IMG/VR virus record: IMGVR_UViG_3300004244_000010 | Coordinates: 7,322 to 71,321 of that record | Strand: one strand, 5' to 3' | Length of the DNA stretch: 64,000 bases | DNA from: a virus | Taxonomy: Duplodnaviria > Caudoviricetes | Shown: in pieces, positions 36,361-45,119 of the stretch | How positions within the stretch are numbered: the first letter of the stretch is position 1 | How the letters are laid out: the number at the start of each line of letters is the position of its first letter | Translations under genes and position numbers: made by a program | Notes under the pieces: generated by a model | Databases searched by the model: none | What the model was told of the DNA's origin: nothing | Seen by the model: only the letters and a program-made list of their open reading frames with translations

Positions 36361-36747
36361 TCAGCTCTGCAGGATCTGCGCAGCGCGCTCAGGAGAGAAG
36401 AATTCCGTCACGCCGGCAACGGTGCGTGGGTCGTCAAGGTCCACACTCGTCCCGTCCGCTTCAGGCGTTGCCCAGTCCAGCAGCTTGATGAACTTGAGCA
36501 CTGGGATGTTCGTCAGCGACGCTTCCAGCAGCGCATCGAACTCAGCCTCGGTGAACCGACCGATGAACGACAGCTTGCTCAGGCGCCGCTGGGGCGTGAT
36601 GACCTCTGGGGGCGTGATGACCTCTGGGGGCGCCAGCGTGTGGTCGTGCGTGGCGAACTCCCAGCCGTTCCACTCGATGGGGGCCTCGGCCTGGTAGCGG
36701 TAGACCTCGGCGCCGTCGCTCTTGCGGGTCACGATGTAGGTGCTCAT
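36361..36747 (-). CDS. Tail fibre assembly-like protein
   Basis: RLSKLSFIGRFTEAE...VDLDDPRTVAGV; ATGA overlap with the portal stop. Confidence 0.7.
   Translation of the reverse strand: MSTYIVTRKSDGAEVYRYQAEAPIEWNGWEFATHDHTLAPPEVITPPEVITPQRRLSKLSFIGRFTEAEFDALLEASLTNIPVLKFIKLLDWATPEADGTSVDLDDPRTVAGVTEFFSPERAAQILQS
36591..36626. repeat. 18-bp in-frame tandem duplication (PPEVIT x2)
   Basis: GGGGCGTGATGACCTCTG at 36591 and 36609. Confidence 0.9.
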
Positions 36748-39323
36748 GCCTTCTTGCCCTCACCGGTGGCTGGAGACTCCACGACATCGGCGCCCGTCAC
36801 CTTGCCGTTCTCGTCGTGCTTCAGCTCGATGGTCTTCTTGACCTCGCCGCTCTTGGCATCTACGGTCACGTTCAGCGTGATCGGGGCGGCCGGCGGCGCG
36901 GCGACGGGCGCCGGCGCCGGTGCGGGGGCTAGCGGCGCAGGCGCGGGATCGGCCTTCTTCGCAGCTTCCGCGGCGATCTTTTCTTCCAGCACACGTTGCA
37001 TGTCCTCGATGCGCTTCTCCAGGGCCTGCACGCGCTTATCGCTGGCTGCGTGGATCTCGGCCACGCGCAGCTTGGTATCGCGGTCGATGTTGGCGAGCTC
37101 GTGCTTGACATCCGCGTCCCTGTTGATCTGCAGGGTGCGGTTTGCGAGCTCGCTCTGGGCCTTGGAAAGCTGGGCGCTCAGCGACTCGATCTGCGTGGCC
37201 GCCTGCTCCTGCACCTGGCGCAGGGCCTGCTCCATTTCAGCAGGCATGCCGCCGGACGAGTCAGCCATGCCGGCGGCCATCGCCTCGGATTCCATCTTGG
37301 CGGCCTTGGCGTTGATCTCGCGCACCTTGGCGCGCTGTTCTTCGAGCGCAGTGATGGCGGATTCGCGCTGCATCTGCAGGGCCTCGGCCTGCTGCTGCAT
37401 TTGCTGCTCGATCTGCAGGGCTTCCTCGGGCGTCGGCTCCTTGTTGGGGTCGCGCTCGCCGGTGAGCTTACGGATCTGCTCGGCGATCTCGTCCTTGTTG
37501 GGCAGGTCCGAGAACTCCATGGCGATGGTCATCATGCGCAGGGCGATCTCGGGCGGGTACTTCACCGCCATGTTGTTCAGGCTGTCGAACATCACCTGGC
37601 GCAGCGTGCCGCTGTAGTCCTGCTCGGCCACCTGGAAATCCGCCTGGCTGGCGGTGATGTCGTTCAGGAAGCGGACCGATCCATCCGGCATCTGCTCGGG
37701 CTGGTTGATCTTGATCCACTCCAGCGCGCCCTTGGTGCCAGTGAGGCGGATCACCTTGGCGTCCGTGTACCACTGCTCCGACAGGCTGAGCTGCTTTTCG
37801 CCCTGCACCTGCGTGGCGAAGCGCAGATTGTCGAATGGCTCGGTGGTGACCACGGATCCCTGAAGCTGGCGCGCCTTGATGGCCTCTCCGCTCACCGCAT
37901 TGGTCTGGCGGCCCATGTTCTCCTGGGCCACGCCAGCGCTCTTCTGGATGCTCTGGCCGTCCAGCGTCATCATCTGGATCTGGCCCGTTGCGCCATCGGT
38001 GTCGCGCCGGATCACGAACTCCTTGCCGGGCTTCTTGATGATCAGGCCATCAGGCCGGTCGGCCTCATCGCGCGCGATGTTCCAGTCAGCCACCGCGCCT
38101 TCGTCGGCAATGATCTGGTTCGAGTTCAGCAGGAACAGCGCCTTGCTGGCGCGCTTGTTCAGGTCGATCTGCACATCGCGCACGCGGCGGATCACGCCAT
38201 AGGGCAGGCGATCGCGGCCGCGGCGGTAGCACCACACCGGCGTAAGGCTGAAGCGGTTGTGGCGGTTGATGCTGGGGTTCAGGGCCAGCATGTGCGTCTC
38301 GGTGAACACCGCCACATGCGTGCGCATCAGCACCTTGTCCACGATCGTCGCGCCCTCGCGCGCCACAGCATCGCCCAGCATGTGGTCGCGCGGGCCGAGG
38401 ATGGAGCCGCGGAAGGATCCATCGCTCACTACCTTGACCCGGGCCGGCTTGCGGTACTGGCCCTCTATCAGCTTCACGCGCGGCCGGTGCGCATCGATGG
38501 CCAGGCCGGAGCCCATGGCGCGCAGCGTGCCGCTCCGGTCCTTCGAGTTGGCATCCAGGCCGGTCACCCAGGTGTCTTCCTCTTCGTTATTGTCGGTCGT
38601 GTAGGCCGTGTCTTCGGCGGCCTGGCGGATCTCGTTCTCGCGGTCGGGGAACATCAGCACAGCGATGTCCACGTCCACCCAGCGCCAGCGGAACAGGTAG
38701 CGCGCGTCGCTGAGATCGAGCTCGTAGCTCATCGAGTCCCACAGCACATTGCGCCAGTCCTCGTACTTGCTGTAGAGGATGTCCTGCGTCGGGTCGTCGC
38801 GCACCCCGTCATCCAGCCAGCCCACGCCCGACTTGACGGCATCGGCGAACGCGCGCGAGCGGTTGAACTGCACGCGGTTGATGTCGCTGATGTACTTCAG
38901 CACCTTGGTCTTGATGTCGGCCATCTGCACGTCGTCTTCCGACCTTGGCAGAACCCGCCAGTCCACGCGCGTGCGGCGCTCGGTGCCGATGATCCAGTCG
39001 CACATCGGCGCAACCTCGTTGTAGACCAGCGGCATCTGGCCGCGGTCCTTCACGATCTGGGCATCCTCGGGATCCCACTGCAGGTTGTCGTACATGTCCG
39101 CGTCCATCGCCATGTCCAGGCGGTTGGCGGACTGGCGCTCGCGCTCCAGGTAGTACCAGGAGAGCAGCTGCCGGTGCTCGCGGCGCGCCTCGTCGCTGTC
39201 CAATGGGTGGGCCTTGGTCGTGGCCACCGCGGTGCCGGCTTGGCGCAGCTTTTCATCGAGCGACTGGCTGTACTGGTCGCCGGGCGCCTTGCCGCGAATT
39301 GGGCGAACGTCCAGCTCATTCAT
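36744..39323 (-). CDS. Portal protein (P22/933W-like) with long C-terminal coiled coil
   Basis: YDNLQW...RGQMPLVYN...SGVGW...RDVQIDLNKRASK...SGEAIKARQ. Confidence 0.92.
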   Translation of the reverse strand: MNELDVRPIRGKAPGDQYSQSLDEKLRQAGTAVATTKAHPLDSDEARREHRQLLSWYYLERERQSANRLDMAMDADMYDNLQWDPEDAQIVKDRGQMPLVYNEVAPMCDWIIGTERRTRVDWRVLPRSEDDVQMADIKTKVLKYISDINRVQFNRSRAFADAVKSGVGWLDDGVRDDPTQDILYSKYEDWRNVLWDSMSYELDLSDARYLFRWRWVDVDIAVLMFPDRENEIRQAAEDTAYTTDNNEEEDTWVTGLDANSKDRSGTLRAMGSGLAIDAHRPRVKLIEGQYRKPARVKVVSDGSFRGSILGPRDHMLGDAVAREGATIVDKVLMRTHVAVFTETHMLALNPSINRHNRFSLTPVWCYRRGRDRLPYGVIRRVRDVQIDLNKRASKALFLLNSNQIIADEGAVADWNIARDEADRPDGLIIKKPGKEFVIRRDTDGATGQIQMMTLDGQSIQKSAGVAQENMGRQTNAVSGEAIKARQLQGSVVTTEPFDNLRFATQVQGEKQLSLSEQWYTDAKVIRLTGTKGALEWIKINQPEQMPDGSVRFLNDITASQADFQVAEQDYSGTLRQVMFDSLNNMAVKYPPEIALRMMTIAMEFSDLPNKDEIAEQIRKLTGERDPNKEPTPEEALQIEQQMQQQAEALQMQRESAITALEEQRAKVREINAKAAKMESEAMAAGMADSSGGMPAEMEQALRQVQEQAATQIESLSAQLSKAQSELANRTLQINRDADVKHELANIDRDTKLRVAEIHAASDKRVQALEKRIEDMQRVLEEKIAAEAAKKADPAPAPLAPAPAPAPVAAPPAAPITLNVTVDAKSGEVKKTIELKHDENGKVTGADVVESPATGEGKKA

Positions 39324-39765
39324 ACGCGACGCCCTCGCGCTCCAGGCGGATGTCCTCGCCGCCGATGGCCTTGCCGTCCTCGCGCAGGATCATCTGGCCG
39401 ATCGCGCCGCGCATGTATTCGGGCGGCGGCGCCGAGGGCATGGCGTTGAGCTCGCCCAGCACGTCGGTGACGATATTGACGATGCGTGCCCGGTTGCGCA
39501 GGCTGGGCTCGATACCAAGCATGCTGCAGGCGATGCGCGATTGCTGGTCGGCGTGCGCCATCGCCTCACGGCGCCAGCCTGCGTCGATCGCATTGATGTT
39601 CCAGCGGAAGGCCGCGGAGTCAGCGACGACGAACCAGCCCGCGTCCTTGCGGTGGGCCGGCAGCAGCACCAGGGCGCGCTCATCGTTCACCCAGGTCAGG
39701 ACGGCAACGATGTCACCGTGAACGCGGGAAAGGTGCGCTTTGCGCAGGTCAAGTGATACGCCCAT
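39316..39765 (-). CDS. Conserved phage protein upstream of the portal
   Basis: ATG at 39765; overlaps the portal start. Confidence 0.75.
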   Translation of the reverse strand: MGVSLDLRKAHLSRVHGDIVAVLTWVNDERALVLLPAHRKDAGWFVVADSAAFRWNINAIDAGWRREAMAHADQQSRIACSMLGIEPSLRNRARIVNIVTDVLGELNAMPSAPPPEYMRGAIGQMILREDGKAIGGEDIRLEREGVAYE

Positions 39766-39794
39766 GGCAGCCCCAATCAAGTTGCTGGGGAATC

Positions 39795-39809
39795 TGCCAT
39801 CCTTGGCAC
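39795..39809 (-). promoter_or_regulatory. Late-leader element copy 6
   Basis: GTGCCAAGGATGGCA, 29 nt upstream of ATG 39765. Confidence 0.8.
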
Positions 39810-39878
39810 GTAATTCAGTGTTCGCCGGGGCCTGCGGCAATGCGACCAGTAAGGCGGTCAAGCATTAGCGCCGCAGGC

Positions 39879-39981
39879 CGCGACTACTTACCTAGCCCTG
39901 TTCGGATTCACCTTGGAGGGCACCTCGCCCAATCCCATTCGATCGCCACCGTCAGGGTTACGACCAGGGCTGGCCGTCGCG
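39879..39981 (-). ncRNA. Candidate structured RNA between element copies 7 and 6
   Basis: Nested helices CGCGAC/GTCGCG (39879-84/39976-81) and AGCCCTG/CAGGGCT (39894-900/39965-71), plus inner hairpins. Confidence 0.35.
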
Positions 39982-39995
39982 TGAAACCAAATGCT

Positions 39996-40010
39996 TCCCA
40001 TCCTTGGCAC
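39996..40010 (-). promoter_or_regulatory. Late-leader element copy 7
   Basis: GTGCCAAGGATGGGA, immediately downstream of a terminator. Confidence 0.75.
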
Positions 40011-40042
40011 GGAAAGAAGAAGCCCGGCGCGGGGCCGGGCTT
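40011..40042 (-). terminator. Rho-independent terminator
   Basis: AAGCCCGGC/GCCGGGCTT stem followed by CTTCTTTCC on the minus strand. Confidence 0.7.
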
Positions 40043-40062
40043 GCTGTTAGGGGCGGCCTAGA

Positions 40063-40311
40063 TCAGGTGCCGGCGCCTTCCGGTGCCTCGGTGAAGTCGA
40101 CGTAGAACTGCTTGCCGGGCTTGAACTGTTCGGCCGCAGCAGGGTTCATCGTGCTGAGATCGATGCTGGCGCTGGGCGTCCACTTGAAGAACTCGGCGTT
40201 CTCGGGACTGCCGCTGCTCACCGCCTGCAGCTTGGCGGTCTTGATGCCGCCCTCATGCTCGGTGACAGAGTTGACTTTGAACTTGGCGCGGACGGTCTTG
40301 ATGTCGGACAT
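40063..40311 (-). CDS. Small conserved phage protein
   Basis: VRAKFKV...ENAEFFKWTPSASI...YVDFT. Confidence 0.8.
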   Translation of the reverse strand: MSDIKTVRAKFKVNSVTEHEGGIKTAKLQAVSSGSPENAEFFKWTPSASIDLSTMNPAAAEQFKPGKQFYVDFTEAPEGAGT

Positions 40312-40376
40312 GGGAACTTTCGTGAGGGGTGATGAGAAAGCCCCGCACCGCGGGGCTTCAGGGCGAGATCAGCGAA

Positions 40377-40670
40377 TCAAATCGACGGGCACATGCGCCA
40401 GGTCGGGTGGATCTCCGGACGCTCGCGCTTGATGGTGCGCAGCACGAAGGCACTGGCCCGCTGCAGCTCAACCGCCGGGCGCGTGGCCACGGCGTCGCTG
40501 GCGGCCGGCTGGATGCGCATGGCGGGGTCCACGAAGGGGCGCAACGCGAATTCCTTGGCCGAGCGGCAACGGGTGACGAAGCCGTCGCGCAGCCAGGCGG
40601 CAGCGCTGCAGAACACGGCGGCACAGGCCAGGGCAAGCGACAGGATCACAGAGCGGTGGATCGATTTCAT
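40377..40670 (-). CDS. Phage hypothetical protein with N-terminal hydrophobic segment
   Basis: ORF downstream of element copy 8; AAAGG upstream. Confidence 0.65.
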   Translation of the reverse strand: MKSIHRSVILSLALACAAVFCSAAAWLRDGFVTRCRSAKEFALRPFVDPAMRIQPAASDAVATRPAVELQRASAFVLRTIKRERPEIHPTWRMCPSI

Positions 40671-40713
40671 GTGGTCAGCCTTTCAGCGGTTGGGGGAGGA
40701 AGAGCCGCCACCC

Positions 40714-40728
40714 TGCCATCCTTGGCAC
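40714..40728 (-). promoter_or_regulatory. Late-leader element copy 8
   Basis: GTGCCAAGGATGGCA, 43 nt upstream of ATG 40670. Confidence 0.8.
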
Positions 40729-40790
40729 GACTTCGACAATCCACCATTCATCACATGGACGCGCCGCCTGACCCGCAGGATGATCGCCAC

Positions 40791-40979
40791 ATGAACACCC
40801 AGCACCGCCCCAGCATCGCCACCCTTCTGCTCCAGCGCCTGCTGCGCGCGATCGGCGCGCGCCGGCCCATCGATACCGACTCGGTGCCAGGGCTCGAGGT
40901 CATGGAATCGAACTGGGGCGAGTGGGAGGCGGCCGGCGGCGAGCCGATCAAACCGACATCGGAGAACCGCGGCGCCTGA
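40791..40979 (+). CDS. Possible small plus-strand moron (62 aa)
   Basis: MNTQHRPSIATLLLQRLL...ESNWGEWEA; GCAGGA upstream; overlaps the terL 3' end. Confidence 0.4.
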   Translation: MNTQHRPSIATLLLQRLLRAIGARRPIDTDSVPGLEVMESNWGEWEAAGGEPIKPTSENRGA

Positions 40980-42522
40980 ATGCGCCCTGCCCTGGCTTGG
41001 CCGGCTGCGCAAACTCCACCATGAAGTTCTCGCCGGCCTCAGCGGCCTGGCCAAACTGGCGGTAGCCGTCCGCACCGTGGCTGTCGTCGTTGTGCAGCGG
41101 CGTGTCTTTCCAGCAGCCGCGGGTCTTGTCCCACTCCTTGCGATAGCCGGCCAGGCGGGCCAGGCCCTGCAGGCAGCCTTCCTCGCTGAAATAGCTGGTG
41201 GCGAAGGCCGAACGCGTCGCCTGGATGCCAGACACGATGTTGGTCACGCGAGGCACCACCTCGAACCGCGCGCCGGGAAGAAGCTCTTCCAGCATTTCCT
41301 TGATCGTCTGGTTCGTGTCGGCGCTCTTCCCGATGCGCTTGTAGTCGGACTCGTGCGGCAGGTAGTGGCGGCCAAAGGTCCAGCCCGTGTCCTGCAGGTA
41401 CTTCGAGTAGTGGTCCAGCTCTTCGCCGCTGGCCTCGTAGTAGCGGATAAAGCGGTTCTCCGGCCCGACGCGCTGGTGAAACCAGATCGTGGTCATGTCG
41501 CCGCGCCCGATGTCCCAGAAGGTGTTCACCGGCACACCCTTGACGAAGGGAATCGACTTCAGCACCCGTCCCTGCTTGCGCGCGTTGGCCAGCTGGGTCG
41601 CATACCAGCAGCCCTCGGTGCTCATCTGGAACGCTTCTTCCGGGTAGCTCGGGTACTCCTGCCACATCAGCGGCGCTTCGTCCGCGAAGTCCTCTCGCCG
41701 GGTGGTCACGTACCACGCCCGCTTGCGGTCCGTCAGCTCGCGCTTGATGCGCGATTCGACCTCATGGAAGTAGGCGTTGTCGGCCTCGGAGAACACCACG
41801 CCCTCGGGGTCCAGCTCATAGGTCGGCTCTTCCCACCAGGCGAAGAAGTGGAAGCGCCACTCCTTCTGCGTCGGCTGCAGGCCGCGCTCATGGTTGGCCT
41901 TAGCCCGCATCGTCATGTCGTAGAACTTGCCGTCCTGACCCTCGGCGGTCGACTCGATCACGCACACGCCCGACTTGGGCACGGCGGGTATCGAGCCGGT
42001 CACGACCTCCTTGGCCTTGTCCGGGTACTTGGCGCAGATCTTCCCGAACTCGCTGATGTGCAGGCGGTGGATCGTGCCCGAGCGCATCGACGTGGCCACG
42101 CGGATGCTGGCGCCGTTGTGCGCGAACTCGATCTCGCTGGCGGTGGACTTGCTCAGCGGGAACCGATCGCGCAGCTCGGCCGGCAGGTTCTCGTAAGCGA
42201 ACTTCACCTTGCCGCGGAAGATCGCCTCGGCGGCCTCCTTGTCCTGGGCAATGATGCCGCAGCGGATTGGGTGCTTGGAGAACAGGGCCGTGTCGAGCCA
42301 GAGAATGCAGATCAGCGTGGTGAAGCCGAGCTGGCGCGCCTTCAGGATGATGTTGCGGTGGTGCAGCCTGGCCAGCAGTCGGCGCTGGGCGCGGTTCGGC
42401 TTGAACTGCAGAACCAGGCCTTCGTCGTCGTCGTCATCGCCCTTGACGATGATCTTGTAGAGGTTGCTGATGCGCCAGACGGGATCGTCCAGGTTCTCGG
42501 CCAGGGTTGCGGCATCAACCAC
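40948..42522 (-). CDS. terL: Terminase large subunit
   Basis: Walker A ILKARQLGFTT, Walker B HISEFG, ESTAEG; nuclease WDIG and SHGADG. Confidence 0.95.
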   Translation of the reverse strand: MVDAATLAENLDDPVWRISNLYKIIVKGDDDDDEGLVLQFKPNRAQRRLLARLHHRNIILKARQLGFTTLICILWLDTALFSKHPIRCGIIAQDKEAAEAIFRGKVKFAYENLPAELRDRFPLSKSTASEIEFAHNGASIRVATSMRSGTIHRLHISEFGKICAKYPDKAKEVVTGSIPAVPKSGVCVIESTAEGQDGKFYDMTMRAKANHERGLQPTQKEWRFHFFAWWEEPTYELDPEGVVFSEADNAYFHEVESRIKRELTDRKRAWYVTTRREDFADEAPLMWQEYPSYPEEAFQMSTEGCWYATQLANARKQGRVLKSIPFVKGVPVNTFWDIGRGDMTTIWFHQRVGPENRFIRYYEASGEELDHYSKYLQDTGWTFGRHYLPHESDYKRIGKSADTNQTIKEMLEELLPGARFEVVPRVTNIVSGIQATRSAFATSYFSEEGCLQGLARLAGYRKEWDKTRGCWKDTPLHNDDSHGADGYRQFGQAAEAGENFMVEFAQPAKPGQGAFRRRGSPMSV

Positions 42523-42739
42523 TGGCCAGGCCCCCGCGCATCGCCCAATCCTTGCCCTGCTCCAGCAGGAACAGCGCCTCGGCGCGCGTCATATGCGACG
42601 AGCGAACCACCAGCACGCCTTCGGCGTTGTAGCCAATCACCAGCACGTCAGCCAGCCTCTCGCCCAGGGCCGAGTGCAGCGCCTGGTCTGGCTTGAAGTT
42701 GGTCGACGCGGGCAGCGCGATCACATTGGCGTTGTTCAC
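42515..42739 (-). CDS. Small hypothetical protein
   Basis: GTG start overlapping the upstream stop; VLVIGY...SSHMTRAEAL. Confidence 0.7.
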   Translation of the reverse strand: MNNANVIALPASTNFKPDQALHSALGERLADVLVIGYNAEGVLVVRSSHMTRAEALFLLEQGKDWAMRGGLASG

Positions 42740-42957
42740 CCAGCCGCCTCCACCACGCCGCCGACATCGCGATAGATGCCCAGCAGCTGCTCGATCGGAA
42801 GATAGGCCAGCTGGTCGCGGTCCCACGCCCAGCACTCGTTCCACTGGTTGCCGTTGAACTTGGCCAGGCCGGCGCGCGTGTAGTGGTCGGCCTGCACCAT
42901 CGATGGGAAGCCGCGGCCGCAAATGGCGTCGACGAGGACGCGGGTGGTGATCTGCAT
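42736..42957 (-). CDS. Small hypothetical protein
   Basis: Translationally coupled at both ends. Confidence 0.65.
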   Translation of the reverse strand: MQITTRVLVDAICGRGFPSMVQADHYTRAGLAKFNGNQWNECWAWDRDQLAYLPIEQLLGIYRDVGGVVEAAG

Positions 42958-43490
42958 CAGAAATCCCCCGGCGCGACCTGGAAGCAGGCCACGCCCTTGC
43001 TACGCCACATGTCCACCACCTTCTGCCGGTCATCGAACACGGCCACCAGGCGCTTGCGGTCGTAGCCGCTGAGCGCGTCGTACCAGCTGGCCTTCAGCTG
43101 CTCATCTGGCGTGAAGTCGCCCTCGCGCCGCATGGTCAGGCCCACCTCTTCGGGATCCACCGAGCCATCGCCGAAGATCCACTTCTGCAGCCAGGCCAGC
43201 GTCTCGTTCATCACCTCAGCGCTGCGGCCGCTCCAGATCTGCACCTCGGCGCCGGCGCGCACCAGCGCCATGAGCGAGCTGATGACGGGCCAGTTCGGTT
43301 GGTCATCGACGCAGGCGGCGAAGAAGGCGGGCCAGTCGGGCTTGTGCGCACACATCGCAAAGCACCCTCGCTTGCACACAGGCAGGGTGTTGTCTGTTTT
43401 GGCGCAACCTTCCGGGGGTTCCACCAGATGCCGCCGGTGCTCAATCAGCGCCAGCGTGCCGTCCAGGTCGAAGATATAGAGCGGGGTCAT
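42957..43490 (-). CDS. HAD phosphatase, T4 PNK 3'-phosphatase-like
   Basis: FDLDGTL, WSGR, MRREGDF.PD..LK, VFDDRQKVVDMWR. Confidence 0.9.
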   Translation of the reverse strand: MTPLYIFDLDGTLALIEHRRHLVEPPEGCAKTDNTLPVCKRGCFAMCAHKPDWPAFFAACVDDQPNWPVISSLMALVRAGAEVQIWSGRSAEVMNETLAWLQKWIFGDGSVDPEEVGLTMRREGDFTPDEQLKASWYDALSGYDRKRLVAVFDDRQKVVDMWRSKGVACFQVAPGDF

Positions 43491-43852
43491 GGTTTGACCT
43501 CCATGAGCGATGCGCCGCGCTCACGACCCAGGTTCGCCACCTGCTGCTCTTCGCCCAGCAGCTGGAAGGCAATGCGCTGCATGTCATTCAGGTGCCGCTC
43601 CGTTGCCGCCAGGCTGCCAGCGCTCCCAGATCCTTCGGTCGGGCGCAGGCCGGCGCGCCACAGCTCATCCATCAGCAGCTGCGCATCAGCGACTCTCATG
43701 CTCATGGTGGGTGATGCCGCCAACGTGTTCTCCGCGACGCGCTCGAACTCCAGCGGCTTTGCGACCATGGTTCCAAGTTCGTCGCGCTGCACTACGAGCA
43801 GTTCGATGCACTCGCGCCATGCCTTTCGCTCCACGTAGAAATCAGTCCTCAT
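43487..43852 (-). CDS. Phage hypothetical protein
   Basis: Coupled ORF; QLLMDELWRAGLRP...ATERHLNDM. Confidence 0.75.
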   Translation of the reverse strand: MRTDFYVERKAWRECIELLVVQRDELGTMVAKPLEFERVAENTLAASPTMSMRVADAQLLMDELWRAGLRPTEGSGSAGSLAATERHLNDMQRIAFQLLGEEQQVANLGRERGASLMEVKP

Positions 43853-44400
43853 GGTCCATCGTCCTCTTCAGGTTCCGAGCCGATCGCAACCGGCCCCACA
43901 ACATTTCCGCTCAGGCCCTTCAGCAGTTCCTTGAGCGGGTCGGTCTTTTGCTTGTTGTCGATCTCATACAGGCCCAGGTGCTTCATGGCCTTCTCCAGCG
44001 CCACGTTCTTGTCCCAAAACTTGTACTTGATGCGCCCGTATTCATCGATCTCGAAGGAGGCCACGGCCGCGCGCGTGGCGGGCGAGAGCTCGTTTGGCAG
44101 CTTTACGCGGCCGTCCGCGTGCATGATTTCCCCGATGTCGGAGTGCGCCAGCATGCGCACCTCGGCTAGCACATCGACACGAGAGAGGCCCGCCTGGGCA
44201 GCTGCTTCAGCCCGCAAAGCGGCCACCCTTGAGGAAACATGAGGCAATGCGGCCAGGCTGCTGGCTTGCTGGTGCACAGCCTCGGACTTCCACTTCAGCG
44301 ACTTCGGGTAGGCCTGGCGATAGGCCTCGGCCTGGCTGAGGCCGGAGGCCACGCCCTGGGCGAACTTCTCTTGCTGGGTGGTCAGGGGCTTGCTGGTCAA
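43849..44400 (-). CDS. terS: Terminase small subunit
   Basis: LTTQQEKFAQ...SQAEAYRQAY HTH; DKNVALEKAMKHLG. Confidence 0.85.
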   Translation of the reverse strand: MTSKPLTTQQEKFAQGVASGLSQAEAYRQAYPKSLKWKSEAVHQQASSLAALPHVSSRVAALRAEAAAQAGLSRVDVLAEVRMLAHSDIGEIMHADGRVKLPNELSPATRAAVASFEIDEYGRIKYKFWDKNVALEKAMKHLGLYEIDNKQKTDPLKELLKGLSGNVVGPVAIGSEPEEDDGP

Positions 44401-44846
44401 GACCGCACCTCCTGCACCTCAATCCCGTGCACCCACAGCATCAGCTTGCGCTTCAGCCTGAACTCTGGCGTCACGGCGCCCTTCACGTCTTCCACGACCT
44501 GCTCGCCGCCCTGCTGGTACACGAAGTCGGCGATGTAGACGGTCGGGCGCTCCTTGCCGCCGCGGGGCTTGGCCAGTTCCGGGATCACCACGAACGGCAC
44601 CTGCAGCTGCAGGCCAGAGATCTCGCCGGTGCGCTGCAGCAGGTCCAGGTACTGCCAACGCTTGTGCTCGGCCTTGCTGTCGAACTTGCGGCCCTTGGCG
44701 TCGACCACCTTGGTGTTGCCGTACTTCTGCCCGCGCTTCTGGCGCTCGGCCGGGTGGTCGCGCATGGCGATAACGCTCGGGTTCGCCGCGGCGCGCTGGC
44801 CGAGGTTCAGCAGCTCGGATCTGGTCATCTGGATAGGCTTGGCCAT
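44397..44846 (-). CDS. DUF1064-family endonuclease/resolvase
   Basis: KYGN...FDSKAE...LQVPF...YIADF...VEDVKG. Confidence 0.9.
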   Translation of the reverse strand: MAKPIQMTRSELLNLGQRAAANPSVIAMRDHPAERQKRGQKYGNTKVVDAKGRKFDSKAEHKRWQYLDLLQRTGEISGLQLQVPFVVIPELAKPRGGKERPTVYIADFVYQQGGEQVVEDVKGAVTPEFRLKRKLMLWVHGIEVQEVRS

Positions 44847-44850
44847 CAGA

Positions 44851-45105
44851 TCACCCCTGCCCTGACGCCGACCCAGACCTCTGCCCAGCAGAGCGGTGTT
44901 TCTCCACCGAGGGGTGCACGCACGCCAAGATCTGCGCCCGGGTGGGAGATCGGTCGAACCTGGCGATGGCGGCGAGCAATGAAGCGGCGGCCGGCTTGCT
45001 CGGATGCGCAGACATCACGGGGCGGGCGCAGCATGCCAAGCAGCGGAAGCTGTAGCGTCCACTGAGGGGATTTGCCTGGTGTACGGTGCAAGCTGGGCAT
45101 GGCAT
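44851..45105 (-). CDS. Small Cys-rich protein
   Basis: CPAC...CLACCAR. Confidence 0.6.
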   Translation of the reverse strand: MPCPACTVHQANPLSGRYSFRCLACCARPVMSAHPSKPAAASLLAAIARFDRSPTRAQILACVHPSVEKHRSAGQRSGSASGQG

Positions 45106-45119
45106 TTATCCGGCGTCGG

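Noticed and set aside
31531-36747. Diversity-generating retroelement or shufflon acting on tail fibres
   Set aside because: No reverse transcriptase, template/variable repeat pair or invertible repeats seen.
36996-39449. 817-aa plus-strand ORF
   Set aside because: Antisense shadow of the portal gene in high-GC DNA; no motifs.
15711-40728. Late element as a sigma54 promoter (TGGCAC is the -24 core)
   Set aside because: The -12 GC is not conserved at the required spacing on either strand, and the best -24 match points away from the late genes.
41077-42696. 539-aa plus-strand ORF
   Set aside because: Shadow of terL.
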